Shown here piece after piece: positions 1 through 12,924 of a DNA stretch of 64,000 nucleotides. The notes beneath the pieces were generated by a model. It did no database searches, had not been told where the DNA came from, and was given only the letters and a program-made list of their open reading frames with translations. The DNA lies in assembly GCA_904063045.1 (NCBI GenBank), contig CAJFCJ010000011.1, forward strand, positions 868,001 through 932,000, written 5' to 3'. A program made the position numbers and the translations under genes. Source of the DNA: Dimorphilus gyrociliatus. Lineage: Eukaryota > Animalia > Annelida. Position 1 is the stretch's first letter, and each line of letters starts with the position of its first letter.

Positions 1-1759
1 CTTTTAACAGTGAGAAGTAAATATATAGATCGAAAGACTGGAATCTTCCACGTTGCACAGTGACTAACAGAAAATCCCACTACCAACCTTAAATTTCGCA
101 ATAGGCCTAAAGTATTACAAAATACATCATATTGATTTTCTTTGGACATATTTTTCTTATCGATTTGCTACTTTTAGGCTAGAAACACTACACATATACA
201 TATATATTCTAAAATACTAAAGTATATATGTAAAACTAACTAGCTTTCACCCAGTTAGAAACTCTTTATTATCTAAAAGAGGTGTATAGAACATATAGGC
301 TCACAACGTGACAGCTTTCAAGTTTTGGCACTACTGCCGACTGGCTCTATACCGAAAGTTGTCAACAGCTCAAATAAAATAGCGAAAGTACTAATTACGC
401 AATAGGCTTACGCATCTCAATTCTTAAAAGAACAGAAAATAAACAAAAAATTGAAACTCGTTAGAAGTAATATTATAGTCGCTAACATAATACATTTTTA
501 GTTATTTAGGCCTGAATTATTCATATAGAAAACAAAAAATCTAGCATTCGATAATAATTCAAAACTAATTAGAAAATTTTTTAGAAAATACCTAATAACA
601 AGAACCCAGTGCTAAAAAGGCAGCAAAAATTTCGCTGGAAGCGCACTTAAATACTAGTTTCTTAGGTGCAGACCTATTTATTACAAACCAAAATCGGGTA
701 TTTTAAATTAATAAATTTTCCCTTCCCCCGTTGAAGACTCCAAAAACACAAGAAATAGATGGCCGCTTTATGCTTCACCAGCTCGTGTTGAACGACTAAC
801 CTCGTAGTCCTAGCATCGTGTGACATTTTGTATCTATATTGGCCATTACACAATACTACCTACACGCTATTTCATTGAAGTTTAAAAAAGATCGATGAAA
901 GACTGCGAAACAGAACCCAGAACATCTTGCTGGTATTTGTTGTTACTCTGTACTCAGTAATAGCTTCTCTTAATAGACAACTGATTAGGTGGTTTGAAAT
1001 ATGTACATTTTCTCTCATCCCAAAACTAATACTATTTCGGCAGTTTCTTATGTAGTTTACAACTTATTTCGATAGACAGTCGCAATCTATTAGTAGGGCA
1101 AAATGATATGTGGATGAGTTCCGTTCTGGATGAATTTTCCTTGTCTAAACAGATTTAGGCTATCTTCAACGTGAAAATAGGTTGATCCATATATAGATAA
1201 TCCAACGAACGGCATGATCTTTTCAGTTTACTATTTATTTGAAATTAAGTTACCATTACCTCTTTTTAAGTTGAATTTCTTCTAATAATCAGGTTATATA
1301 GATGAGAAATGAGTTTTTGCAATTGACCTATAGAGTATCCAGCAGAAGATTGTATATCCAAATCATCAGTCTCAGTGACCCAGTTCGAAATTTACCTAGA
1401 AACCCCAGTGGACGTACAGAACCCGCTATTACTAGACCTATGCGAGAAACTAGGTCAATCGATAAAATCGAAGATTCTTGTCTGTCTTCCACTATACATA
1501 TAATCGTACACCAATTCTTAGCACAACTTCCCATACATTAAATAAATGCATGGAATGCATTTCATTTTACAATACTACTACGCGCTCTTTGTTACGAGAA
1601 AAAAAAAGCGCGCCATATAAACCGCGCCAGCTGCCTACATATTTTAGCGCGCTAAATTTCTCAGACAAAAAATTTTTGCGCACCTCATTAACTGATAATC
1701 CGCTTTAATCCGTTCTGTAATAATCTTGCAAAATTCTTGCAAATGGAAAGAAACGTTTA

Positions 1760-1912
1760 AAAATGGCGGCGTTCTATTTTCCGGAGAACGAAATGTATTT
1801 TACGCGCGCTGTACACCGGCGTTCGTTTTGGTATGCGAGAGAAGAGTAGAAGGCCAGCCTCGTTTTCGATTGCCGTAAACACCCACATTTAATACTGCCT
1901 GCCGCCATTTTG
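1760..1912. promoter_or_regulatory. Pair of opposed YY1-like motifs in a GC-richer, promoter-like island
   Basis: AAAATGGCGGC at 1760-1770 (+) and GCCGCCATTTTG at 1901-1912 (same motif on -). Flanked by GCGCG-rich motifs, e.g. palindrome TTTAGCGCGCTAAA near 1644-1657. Confidence 0.45.
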
Positions 1913-4900
1913 TTTTTTACTTCGGCTTTTATGAGTCATCGCCGCATGACATGACCGGTAACACTCGTATTTTTGTGCGCATAATCAATCCTGCCGCTTT
2001 TTTTTTCAGGTGCGCAGTTTTCTGTAGAAATTAATCGGAAAAAGTAGCTTTTTTCGGCCTAGTTTTGTATTAATGAAAAGCTGAAAACAATCTATTTTAG
2101 GATTATTCGATTTGACTAGGCCTCGTGCATTTAAATGCTTAAATTGACATTTTTGAAAAATGTTTATGAGCACCTGTTCAGAGTTTTGGCGTTATATCAG
2201 CCTATCAAAATCTAAGTACTGAGGTCGATGATAAGCCTACAGCAATTTCTCTGACTTGTACGAGGTTAGAATTGTGCTTATCCGATTAAAGTAACCTCGA
2301 AAAAGAAGTCTTGCATACATTTGTGTAGAAATATTTTATATTGCAAATATGACACTATACTCTAATCAGATAGAGTCCGATTTTAAAAAGTACCCCTACT
2401 TGAAACAAGTGACTACACAAAAGTTACCTGTAGAGAAGAGTTCAGCTTATTGATTTAAATGTATAACGTTTTTACCTGCCGACAATAATGCATTTAAGGT
2501 TGCTTGACATGTTCAGGAAAAGTCTAATAAATATTTAAAACAAATAGGTACTTTGAGTTATATGTAAGATATTCTTTTTGTATCGTAATCAGCGCTGGTA
2601 GACGGAGCCGACTAATTATTGATTTAGTTTACAACTTTGAGAAATATGGAATTTTCTAAAAAATGTTGTAAATAATTGGAGTAAATTGAAAAGATTAGAA
2701 AAAATAGTAATAAAGGGTCCTTGAATCTGTTTTTAACTGCCTTAACCTACTTTAGGTCTGACATCGTTACTTAATTACTTTCATTCTATTCTAATTTGAA
2801 ACATCTTTTTAATTACATTACAACTTTTCTTTTTTCCACAATAAGCCATGCATAATTTAGAATGTCCATGTATACAACCGCTTATAAGAGACGCACCTGT
2901 CTTGCCCATTAGCGTGAAAGGGAAAATACTTCTAAATTTAGACGTCAGTAGCCAATCAATGGTATCTCGCTATAGATATTAATTTGTCGATCTAGGCTAA
3001 CTCGGATCATTTGTTGTATTCAGTAATCTTCGATTTCCTCTTATTTCTTTAATTGCTTTAAATAATTTACATAATGAAAGATTGTGAGTTCCTATAGGCG
3101 GTAGTAAACAGCAGTATACTCAGTGTCTAGGCCTATAATTTTAGTGAATGCGTATCCGGCGTATTAATATGATTTGTAAACTATATAAATATACTCTAAA
3201 TAATAATACTAGATTAATTAAGTGGTGCATTTAAAGGTGAACTAGAATTTTTGCTGATTAAAAGGTGTGCTTCACGATGCAATCTTTCGTGTTGTATTTA
3301 CTTATTATCTTATTTATGTTATAATTTATAATATATAACCTGTTGGAAATTTCAACAAATAAAATAATTCGTATTAGAAGATTAACTATGGCTTATATAT
3401 ATGTATGTATATATAAATGCTTAGTTTACTGTCGATTGCTGAAGCAAACGGCAAGTACACGCTTATTCAGGCTATGCAAAAAATATACAGTATATACGTA
3501 TATCTGTATGGTTCGGTAAATACAGTAAACATATATACATATATAAATTTATATATATACAGCGTGGCTATTGCTCATAAATATCCAGTCATGTGACATT
3601 GTCTGTATCTTAAAGAACAAAAAATATATTTCCTATTGTTACGATAATATTATCCGCATTGGCGTTACTGAAGAGCTTTATCTATAAAAGCATTTAATCA
3701 CTATTATTATTAGAGTGAAACTGATAGAGACAGGGAAGAATTTGTCATGCTAAATCTGAAAAGCGTGATTATTACTGGTAAAGTCATGAATCCTAGTACA
3801 CCTCAAAAATGACAAGATAGATTTTGTATTCTTATTACAAAATAAGATATAAAATGCGTTTATAACCCAAATAGGCAGTTTATGTTTTCTTTCTTTTCTA
3901 AATTTAAAAAAATCAATGAAATTCTTTTAAATAGAAATAGCTACAGTTTTTTTATATCATTATTAATTTCCATATTTTACATCTAAAACCTTTGTTCAAT
4001 GCCTATAAAATATCTTTATTCTTTCTTTATTTAAAGTTATAATTCACGATTTTGTTATCATATCAATGCGATTCTATCATAATTATCAGAGATAGAGAAC
4101 GCCCTAAAATGATGAATATTTCATTTTATGTAAAAAACTAAAAATAGGCTTTTGTGATATGCCCTATAATCCAATAATAGATTTCAGATTCGCTTTGCTA
4201 TAGGCCTTATCGAAGTAGGATTGGTTTTCGTCAAGATTTTTCACAATCTAACCATGAATGAAATAGCCTAGAACTTATCGATATCCGGTTAAACAAAGTG
4301 AAAAAAAACCAGGTATGATAAAGAAAAATAGGTCAAATAAATCTTACCTTTTAATTTTATAAAATAAAAAAAATAATAGATAAGAATAAATTAATCATAA
4401 AATGAACTTACTTAAAAGCACATAAGTTATTCCGCTTCCGTTTAAAACCAAGCCAAAAGGCAGATAAGATAAACAGATATGAAAATCGACTGCCTTTGTT
4501 ATTGATAAGTAAATTGCGCGATTTTCTTAAACACAATTTTAAATGAAGTTTGAAAAAAACGTTTCGACAAAAAATTCCAAATATATAGTTTTTCGATATT
4601 GTTATTTCTTATACAATTAAATATATTTGATAGAGAATTTTTTTTTCATGTTTTAACATATTTTAAAGCGATAAGGTCAGACATACGTAACGGTTTTTTT
4701 TCATTAGCCTATATATTTGTGCATAGGTTAGATTGTATTTTAATCGCTGTTTAATAATTGAATTGTGTATTTCAAACATTTTTATTTTTATTATGTTTAC
4801 GATACATAATATAGGTTTAAAACTGATGAAAAAGAGGTCACTTGGCTTATGAAATTGGCCAATTTTACAGATTGAAGTAAAAAACTGTCTTTACTTGTTT

Positions 4901-5479
4901 ACTGATGTATACTGCTTATTTTTATGTTGTAAATCAATTGTATTTTCATAGGTATTTGGTCAAAGTCTCTATTTTTGAGGCCACGCGTCAATCAGATGGT
5001 TTGACATGAAAGTAAATGAAAAACATCAATATGTTTTATCGAAGATAATTAAAATATTTTATTATTTTAGATACGTTTGACCCATTTTTGGACTTTTGCT
5101 CTTTGTGTAATATCTTTCTTCGTCTGCCTCGATAGCACAGAACGGAAAACGACTGGTTTTTTTTCTTTTAACTATTTACCAATTGTCGTACATGGATAGC
5201 CAGTCTTCGAACGAGATAAATACTAGTCTTTGTTATAACTGTTCCATAAGAATCTTGGAAGTTCCTATGAGAATGAAAAGAGCTTATAAATCAATAAAAG
5301 ATCGATAGTGTACGGCAGGTTAATTGAGAATTATCAAAGAATTTTGTTCTAATTTTCGGCTTTGTTTATAACTATATGAATTCGATTACACAAATATTTC
5401 TCTTAAGAGCGCAAAGAGATAGAATTGTACCATTTAATAACACGATGTAATATCAACAATGTAATTTAAATAAAATTAG

Positions 5480-5494
5480 TGCTGCCATCTATCG
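5480..5494 (-). promoter_or_regulatory. CTCF-like motif
   Basis: TGCTGCCATCTATCG; reverse complement CGATAGATGGCAGCA resembles the CTCF core CCACYAGRKGGCRSY. Confidence 0.35.
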
Positions 5495-5841
5495 AAAAAA
5501 ACATGACACGGTATATTCGATAAAATTATCGAAGAAAGGGAAGGAAGTTTATTCGATTTTTAGGGTTATTTTTATATTACGTCTCAAGTCAGACTTGTTT
5601 AACAACGATAGGGTTTATTTTAAGGCTTTAGGAGAAATCTAAAAGAACACGCTAATATAGACGATTGATCTGCTAGTGCCTAGACAAAGGAGCTAGTATA
5701 TTATTAGCATTGTTATTTCTCTCAGAAAGCACGTGAAAATTAATATGTGTTAGAATGAGCTTTTTCACTTTTCTACATTTCATAAATATATGGTGTACAC
5801 CAACTAAGAGAGGTATATTTTGAAAAGTTAATGATTAATTT

Positions 5842-5853
5842 TGCGCATGCGCA
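5842..5853. promoter_or_regulatory. NRF1-type palindromic site
   Basis: Perfect TGCGCATGCGCA inside the 18-bp palindrome TTTTGCGCATGCGCAAAA (5839-5856). Confidence 0.55.
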
Positions 5854-7120
5854 AAACGATGCAAGTACTCATTTTAATAAATAATATATTATATGTCATT
5901 CTATTTATGTTCCCAATTAGATATCTACTGTATATCTTAAGATATGATTTCTTACCTGATAATTTGTAGGTATTAATTTGTTGGTCTGAGGCTAGGTTTT
6001 TTTCAATAAAGAGAGAATTATAAAAATTTCAATTACGTATCTACATATAAACGAGCCCTTGAAAATGGACTTTAAGGAAGTAGGCTTGATTTCTTTAGAG
6101 GAAGGAGAATTTTAATTAAATTTATCATTATTTAACCGGAACTGTTGCCTTCACTAGCGAAACAATATTAAGTTCAAATACAGAAAGGCTAAACATGTAA
6201 GAATAAAAAATGATAAATAATAACAAAGATTCCTTATTCTTTATTTAAAGCTATCGATTTTCTTAATGAATACTGTTTAGAATACATTATTCTTTACATG
6301 ATGTTTGTTTAAATGTAAAATACATTGCAAACTAATTACATATAATTCTGGACAGAATGTAGAGCTAGGCTGAATATTGCATTCTTGTTAGAAGGAAGAT
6401 AATAATGTTAAATTAGTTTGCTATTTACGTTACTTCATAATTTAATTCATAACAGCAAATAGTAAAACGCAGTGTCTACTCTCCATCGCGTATAATAGAT
6501 TAGCACGAAAAGCATGGACTATTTTGAAAATTAATGATTAATGTGCCAAATTATTGTAGCTATTCGGTTTTAGAAATCAGGATTCCCTTCTATACTGATT
6601 AATCTCACAAGGGAATCAATTGACTAAAGTTTTTTTTTTCGAAATTAAAGGATTGCGCTGTTTCTACAAGAGTTATAGAATTACAATGGAAGAATTTGAT
6701 TTGGGAGTGTAGTATTTCATAAGCTATGACATAATAATATACTAATATATAAGATAATGATTGTTTAAAAATAGTTGGAGAAAAATTAAATCATTTTCTA
6801 ATAAGATTAACAAATACGAGATGAAATGTATACGATAGTCATGATTTATTTGCTATCATATTTACAAGTTTTCTCGTTTAAACATTAAAAAGAGAATCTA
6901 TTTTAGCTCTATTGACTACTTCTCTTTGAAAGGTAATTCATTAAATTGTTCCCTATTTTTTGTATGTATTTCTTTCATTCACAAATAGATATTTTTGTAA
7001 ATAATTCTTTAAAAATATTATTTTATCAGGGGAATTTCCATTAAAAACGGCCAACGCAATTCTTAGATAAGTGCAAGTAGAGAAGAGGAGGCAAGATTTT
7101 CTCGTAGTTCCATATTAAAT

Positions 7121-7135
7121 CCAATAGAGGGCGCA
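7121..7135 (+). promoter_or_regulatory. CTCF-like motif
   Basis: CCAATAGAGGGCGCA in otherwise AT-rich non-coding DNA. Confidence 0.4.
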
Positions 7136-8388
7136 TTAAGAAATTTGATAGAAATTGAACTAGTAAATAGACAATCAGTTGATAAGGAACTCTTAACATA
7201 ATTAATCAGCTTCCCTGTGTTTCGTGAAAGTAACAAAACACTTTACTAATCTAACATTAAGGAACCGCCGTTAAAATAGACAAGCAATTGGTACAGCAGC
7301 ATTGTTAAGAGCATGTAGTATAAACCTTTCAAATAATATTAGATTCCTATTTAACATTGCTGCCTTTAAATCTCGATATCGAATACTTTTTATTCTTTTA
7401 ACTAATAATACACAATTAATTTTTAAGAGTCTTAAACGGACTGAATCTGAAATTAATTATAAACACTGATGTTAAATTTACATTGTGGCTTAAGTCACAG
7501 TTATTTTCTCATTCAAGTTATAATATTCTTAAGTACACATAGGAGAATGGTTTAAAGGTATTTTGAAGCGTGAATATTTAATACAACTCAATCTAGACCG
7601 TTGTGAATTATGATTTTATAAGACAGTTGAGTAAACAAATGATGAACAAATATAAAATTATAGTACTGCTTGTGAAGACTGAAGAGAAAAAAAAACGCTG
7701 CTTATTTTCAGTACCTACGCAGAAAATCAATTTTTGCAAAAGATATTATAAGTTTCTTTCTATTCTGCAATTGCATGAGAAAATATTCAAGAGCTTTAAG
7801 TATTCCAACCTAAAAGATTAATATTTAATTCTTAAAGGAAGCTTTATTCGAATATTATAATAATCAACATCTAGTATTTTATCACCTGCACTTTTTATAA
7901 ACAAATGTCTATATATATACTTAAGAAAAAATATCGATTGCGAAACGAGGAATGGGATTGAAGGGATATCTTGATAACGTGCGTAATTAAATATATCAAA
8001 TACAGATTGCTGGCTTTAAGTGTAATGAATCGTGTTATTTGCGAATTATGAATTAATAAATAGAGTTGAGTTTAGCTTGTAAATAGGGTGTGGAAAGATA
8101 TGGATTTTCATTAATAATGCTTATCCATTACTCCCTTCGATTTGTGAAATTTCTAAAAATTATAGCAGGACAATTATTGAAAAACATGCATAATTATATT
8201 AATTAGCAGATATTTTTTTAGTGCTTTAAACAAAACGAAAAAAAGATAAATGCACTGTTTTATTATAAATATCGCATATGTAATTCTAAAAGAATAAATG
8301 ATTTTTTAGAGAGGATGAGTCATCTATGATATATTTAAAAATAATAACAAATACTGAGAGCAGACGTCTTAGAAAAAAGTAAATATTG

Positions 8389-11300
8389 CTAAAAATCTTC
8401 AAAAAGGTTTTGCTCTTCTTCAGTAGCCGGGGGAGTGTTTTGCCAATCCTCCTCCTCATAACGATCAAAATTTGAATTGTCTCCTTCCTTTTCGAATTTA
8501 GGAACGATTGGAGGCTGTTAAGTTCGATAAAAGAATATTAGAAACCAAGACAGCCTGTTTATGCTATTTTTATAAAGTGGTTGTTTTTTTTTTGTCTGTG
8601 ATAGGTGAAACATATCAATTAGTAGAGAGTAATAATGATCTGTTAAATAGAATGATTGAAATCTTGTTCGTAAGAATGGATTTTTATGTTAAACTTGCTA
8701 ATTATACTTTTCAAATTCAATCATTCAAGTTGTTTTTATTTAACGTAAAATTCGTGCTAAATTAATATTATTTTATTTCTCTTTTATTTGGATTTGTAGT
8801 ACAGTATATAGTTTTAGTTATGTGATTAAGTAATATGGTTTTTTTAATAATATTCAATAATATAGATACAACATTTTTAAATAGTGCCTGTTTACACTCT
8901 TTAGTATTTTTATGTTAAAAATAATGGTTAGTTGTTAGTAACTGTCAAATGTTCCTCAGTAATCGTCATAAATATCTATGGCATAGATATATCTATTTTC
9001 ATCTCAAGAGAGATTCTTTCCTTACAAAGGTGGTTTAATAGTTTTATACGATTAATTCTTATAATATTCTTTATGTAATAGCTATAAAATTAACATGCAA
9101 TTCGGTAGGTTGCCACTCAACATGCGTCACAAACCGACGCTGGGCGCCATCTACTGCCATCCTTATACATAATATACATAGCTGGATCGCCTTCGCCTAC
9201 TAATTCCACTTTTAATGGCGGCTGTTTTGTTTAACTAAGTAGAGAAAAACAAGACGAAAATAACCTGAAATCAATTGCCTCACCTTTAATTTCAAATCGA
9301 TTACATCTTGCCAATCGATACCCCTAAAAAATCTATGCCGCTTTACGTCAGCCGTTCCGTCTTTCATATTCCCTAAGCGTTTAGTTCTATCAGGAGTCAG
9401 CAGCTTCTTTACCAAGTCTCTGTTTAAAAAAAAAACAAAAGCTCTTTAGCTTTTTACCGTCGTTATATATTATTGATAGTAAATAAAAGTGAGAACTTTT
9501 TGAGATGATGGTGTTTAACAGTTTAGTATTTTGTCAACTATTAACTATTAAAGGTTGACGAACTTTTAGTTTAAGCATTTCAATCTTCTCCACTCGTGTG
9601 GAAAAAATAAAAGACTACCAGGCCTATGGCCAGTTGAATATATCATAATCTCTCAAAAAGTCATAATAAAATACTAATTCTATAATCCTCTTTAACTAAG
9701 AATGTAAATTAAGCAACTTACTTTGTAACTAAATCAACATGCTTTGGCCAATCAATTTTTCCATTGAGAATCTTCTCATATATTTTCAGAGGCTGTTCAT
9801 CGTAAAACGGCGGCCAGCCGCAATACATTTCATAAACAAGAATACCTAATGCCCACCAATCGACAGCTTTATTGTGGCCTTTGCTGTTTATCACTTCTGG
9901 TGCTAGATACTCAGGAGTTCCACATAAGGTCCAAGTCCTATCAGGAACCTTTTTGGCAAACCCGAAGTCCGTTAATTTTAAATGACCCTCACGACTAAGA
10001 AGTAAATTTTCTGGTTTTAAGTCCCTATAAACGATATTTCTTTGATGGAGGTATTCGAGGGCAGTAACTATTTCGGCTGAGTAAAATCTAACTGTGTTAT
10101 GGGGAAATCGACCTTCATTCCTCAAATAAGTAAATAGTTCGCCACCCTCAACAAATTCAAGCAGCATTAATAAGTGAGAGGCATTTTTTGTTGACCAGTG
10201 CCTGTCAAAGAAAGTAAGAGTGAAAAAAATCATTTCAAGAGCTCTCTAAAGATATTTTTCTTTGCCTTTTAGCAGTTTTTTTTGAATGGTGACTATTAAT
10301 TAATACATTATAGTAGTTCAAGTAGTATTTATATAATATTAGTTTACTATAATGGAAGCCCTTTCTAAGTTCTTTAGAATTTAACAAAATATTCTTCGAA
10401 ATTCGTATTTAGCGAACACAATAATTAGATGCTAATTAATCTTTCGGTAAAGCGACTTGGGCCTGTTCAGTCAATAGGGATTACTAATGTAAATGGTGAT
10501 AAATATTGACGCAACTGTAAGAAAGTTATATTCTTTCTTTTCGGTACAGAAAAGGAAGAAAGGGGTTTCCAAGAGTGTCTCTCAATTTCGAAGAAGCTTT
10601 AGAATCCCGTTGCAAGGCGTTAGCAACAGAGAGAAAAGGACGATTCTACAATGGTGTTGCATTCGAGAATGAAGCGTTTTGTTGAAATTTCTTTTACATC
10701 CAGTTAGATACTTTTACAAAGAACTTTTTGTGCGTCTAGTTATATTTTTAGTTGAATATAAAATATTATATATGAACTATAATTACTCTCTATATATTAC
10801 GCTTACATCATTGTTATGTTTGTGTGTCGGCGCCATTTTTAAGCCAACACTTTTATCCTTTCTTCGGCTAACAATGAAAAAATTTTTGAAAGCAGAACCT
10901 AACAAATCCACAATAAATCTCGCTTTATTTTTTCAACTATATATCGAACACAAATAGCCTTTGACTCAAAATAATTCAGTTTTACATTGTATGCTAATTT
11001 ATTCTAGATTATACCATTTATTTAAATGTCCTTGTCTTAATAATAAATTCATGAACGAAGTCTTTAATCTTTAAAGTTAATATTGAAAATTTGTGAACTT
11101 TCTTTTAACACGTAACCTCTTTTAAATTTCCACCTTATTTATTTATTATTACTTTTTATTGAGGAAAATAGCTGTCATTTGTTGGTCCATTAGCCAATGT
11201 CAGAAGACTTAATTAAAAATTCTTTTGATGCGTCTAATACATTTTGACGTTCCCATAAATCAAATACAATATCTTTGAATGAAGTACTTTGAAAACGCAA

Positions 11301-11947
11301 CGGAAGTCTTTTAATAAATAGATTTATAAAATACAACTGTCCTATTTGTCAACTTGGATTAATTTGTTAATGAAAATTCAATGACCTAGAGCCGTTTTCT
11401 TATCTTTTTAGTATATTTCTCCGAATTATATTTAGTACTTACAAATGCACTAAAAAGGGATGTGATACGTCCTCCAGTATGGATTTCTCGTTCTTGACAT
11501 GTTCAACTTGTTTTAATTTAATAACTTGTTTCATCGTCATTATTTTCAAAGCATAATGCTTTTTTGTTTTTGGATGAAAGACCAGTACAACACGACCGAA
11601 GGTTCCCGTCCCTAGATCATAAAAATATAGTATAGACTCGAGGGAAAAATGCAAGGAAAATTTTATCCGACATGATCTCCTAGATTCTTAGGCATTGTAT
11701 ATTGAGAAAACTCTCTCTGCAGTAATGATATTGTTACTTTTACCTATAGACTACCAAAGAGATTTTAATAGTTTTTTATGCACTTGACAGTACAGCGAAA
11801 TCGCCAATATATAAAAAATGATAAGCGGATTAAATATTTTCATGATAAATAAAGATTAAACTTACCTAGAGTGACCTTCGATTCAAAATCTTCCATACGG
11901 AAGTCGGAATCGTTTGATTCCTTGCAAGTAGCACCATTCGTTGTCAT
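8389..11947 (-). CDS. PRKX: cAMP-dependent protein kinase catalytic subunit, PRKX/Pka-C3 type (5 coding exons)
   Basis: Exons 11947-11866, 11611-11443, 10201-9722, 9419-9284 and 8514-8389 join in frame at GT-AG sites. Motifs [53 protein letters not shown] and C-terminal [21 protein letters not shown] and RLGNMK favour PRKX over PRKACA. Confidence 0.93.
9142..9158 (-). promoter_or_regulatory. CTCF-like motif in the last PRKX intron
   Basis: GGGCGCCATCTACTGCC (reverse complement GGCAGTAGATGGCGCCC); a YY1-like TAATGGCGGC lies at 9213-9222. Confidence 0.5.
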
Positions 11948-12924
11948 TATGAGATTCAAGTTGATTTCTTATGACGCTTCGAACTGTAAGAAATAACTTT
12001 ATTTTGCAATATGAGTCGTAGTCTTAATTTTCGTCATATTAACAGCAAGAACCAACCAAAAATGCTTTCGTATAATATTTAATAGAAGAATTTCCAAAAG
12101 GATAGGATAAATATTTCTACTTACCTAAACACTCAACATTCTCTAGAGGCTGAATCACAGAAGAGATATGTGCACAACTGCAAAACGAACAATTCCAAGC
12201 TCTCTTATTGAACGTTGTGAATTAAATAGAGAATTGAATAGTTCCTCTACCGGCCAGGCAGATAGATCAATACAGCATTAATAGTCTCAACATGTTCACC
12301 TATACTTAATTAGGTTATGAATAATATATTGATCATATTTACACCCTATAATATTTGATAATCTACCCGATTGCTGATCTTCTTACCTCATACTCCCTTG
12401 GTTCTGAATTAAACTTTAACGGATTTTCATCTGAATATCGAGTTGATATTGTGGTGAGATATTCAGAAGAGCGAGATTGATGCATAGAGCGTTTCTCTTA
12501 TTTCCATGACCTACATACGCTACTGCATATTTCTGCTGCAGCGCTCCTGCAATTCTTCTTTATAGGCCTATCAGTGAAGAATTTAGAGCTGTATGTTTTA
12601 TTGAGAACGCTTTTGTATTTATTATCGTTTGATATGTATTCTTTTTTAATTGACCTATAAAGTTAAGAGACATTTCTATCAACTTTGCTTTAATAACCAT
12701 TTCAATGCAAACTAAATTGAGATGTTTGTATAATTTAAGTAGTGTTCGTTTATTTCCAAATTCAATTTTTATACATGTTGCAGGGTATGAGAAACAACCT
12801 AGGCAGAGATTAATTTAAATCTTGGTAAAAAAAACAATACATTATTAGTTACTGTACAATTTCTTCATAAGCATTCTTATTTTATTAGATACAAAGTGTT
12901 TCCTTAGTTGTTAAAAACATGCTT

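Noticed and set aside
1302-1708. Overlapping short ORFs 1302-1541, 1328-1534 and 1478-1708
   Set aside because: No recognisable domain and no consistent splice frame; more likely UTR or promoter sequence.
2475-2510. Minus-strand MSSNLKCIIVG followed by a GT donor, resembling a small GTPase N-terminus
   Set aside because: It reads into a stop, and I found no downstream exon supplying GxGKT; likely chance.
2878-2899. CCGCTTATAAGAGACGCACC resembling a pogo/Tc1-type terminal repeat
   Set aside because: No inverted partner or transposase remnant seen; too short to support a mobile element call.
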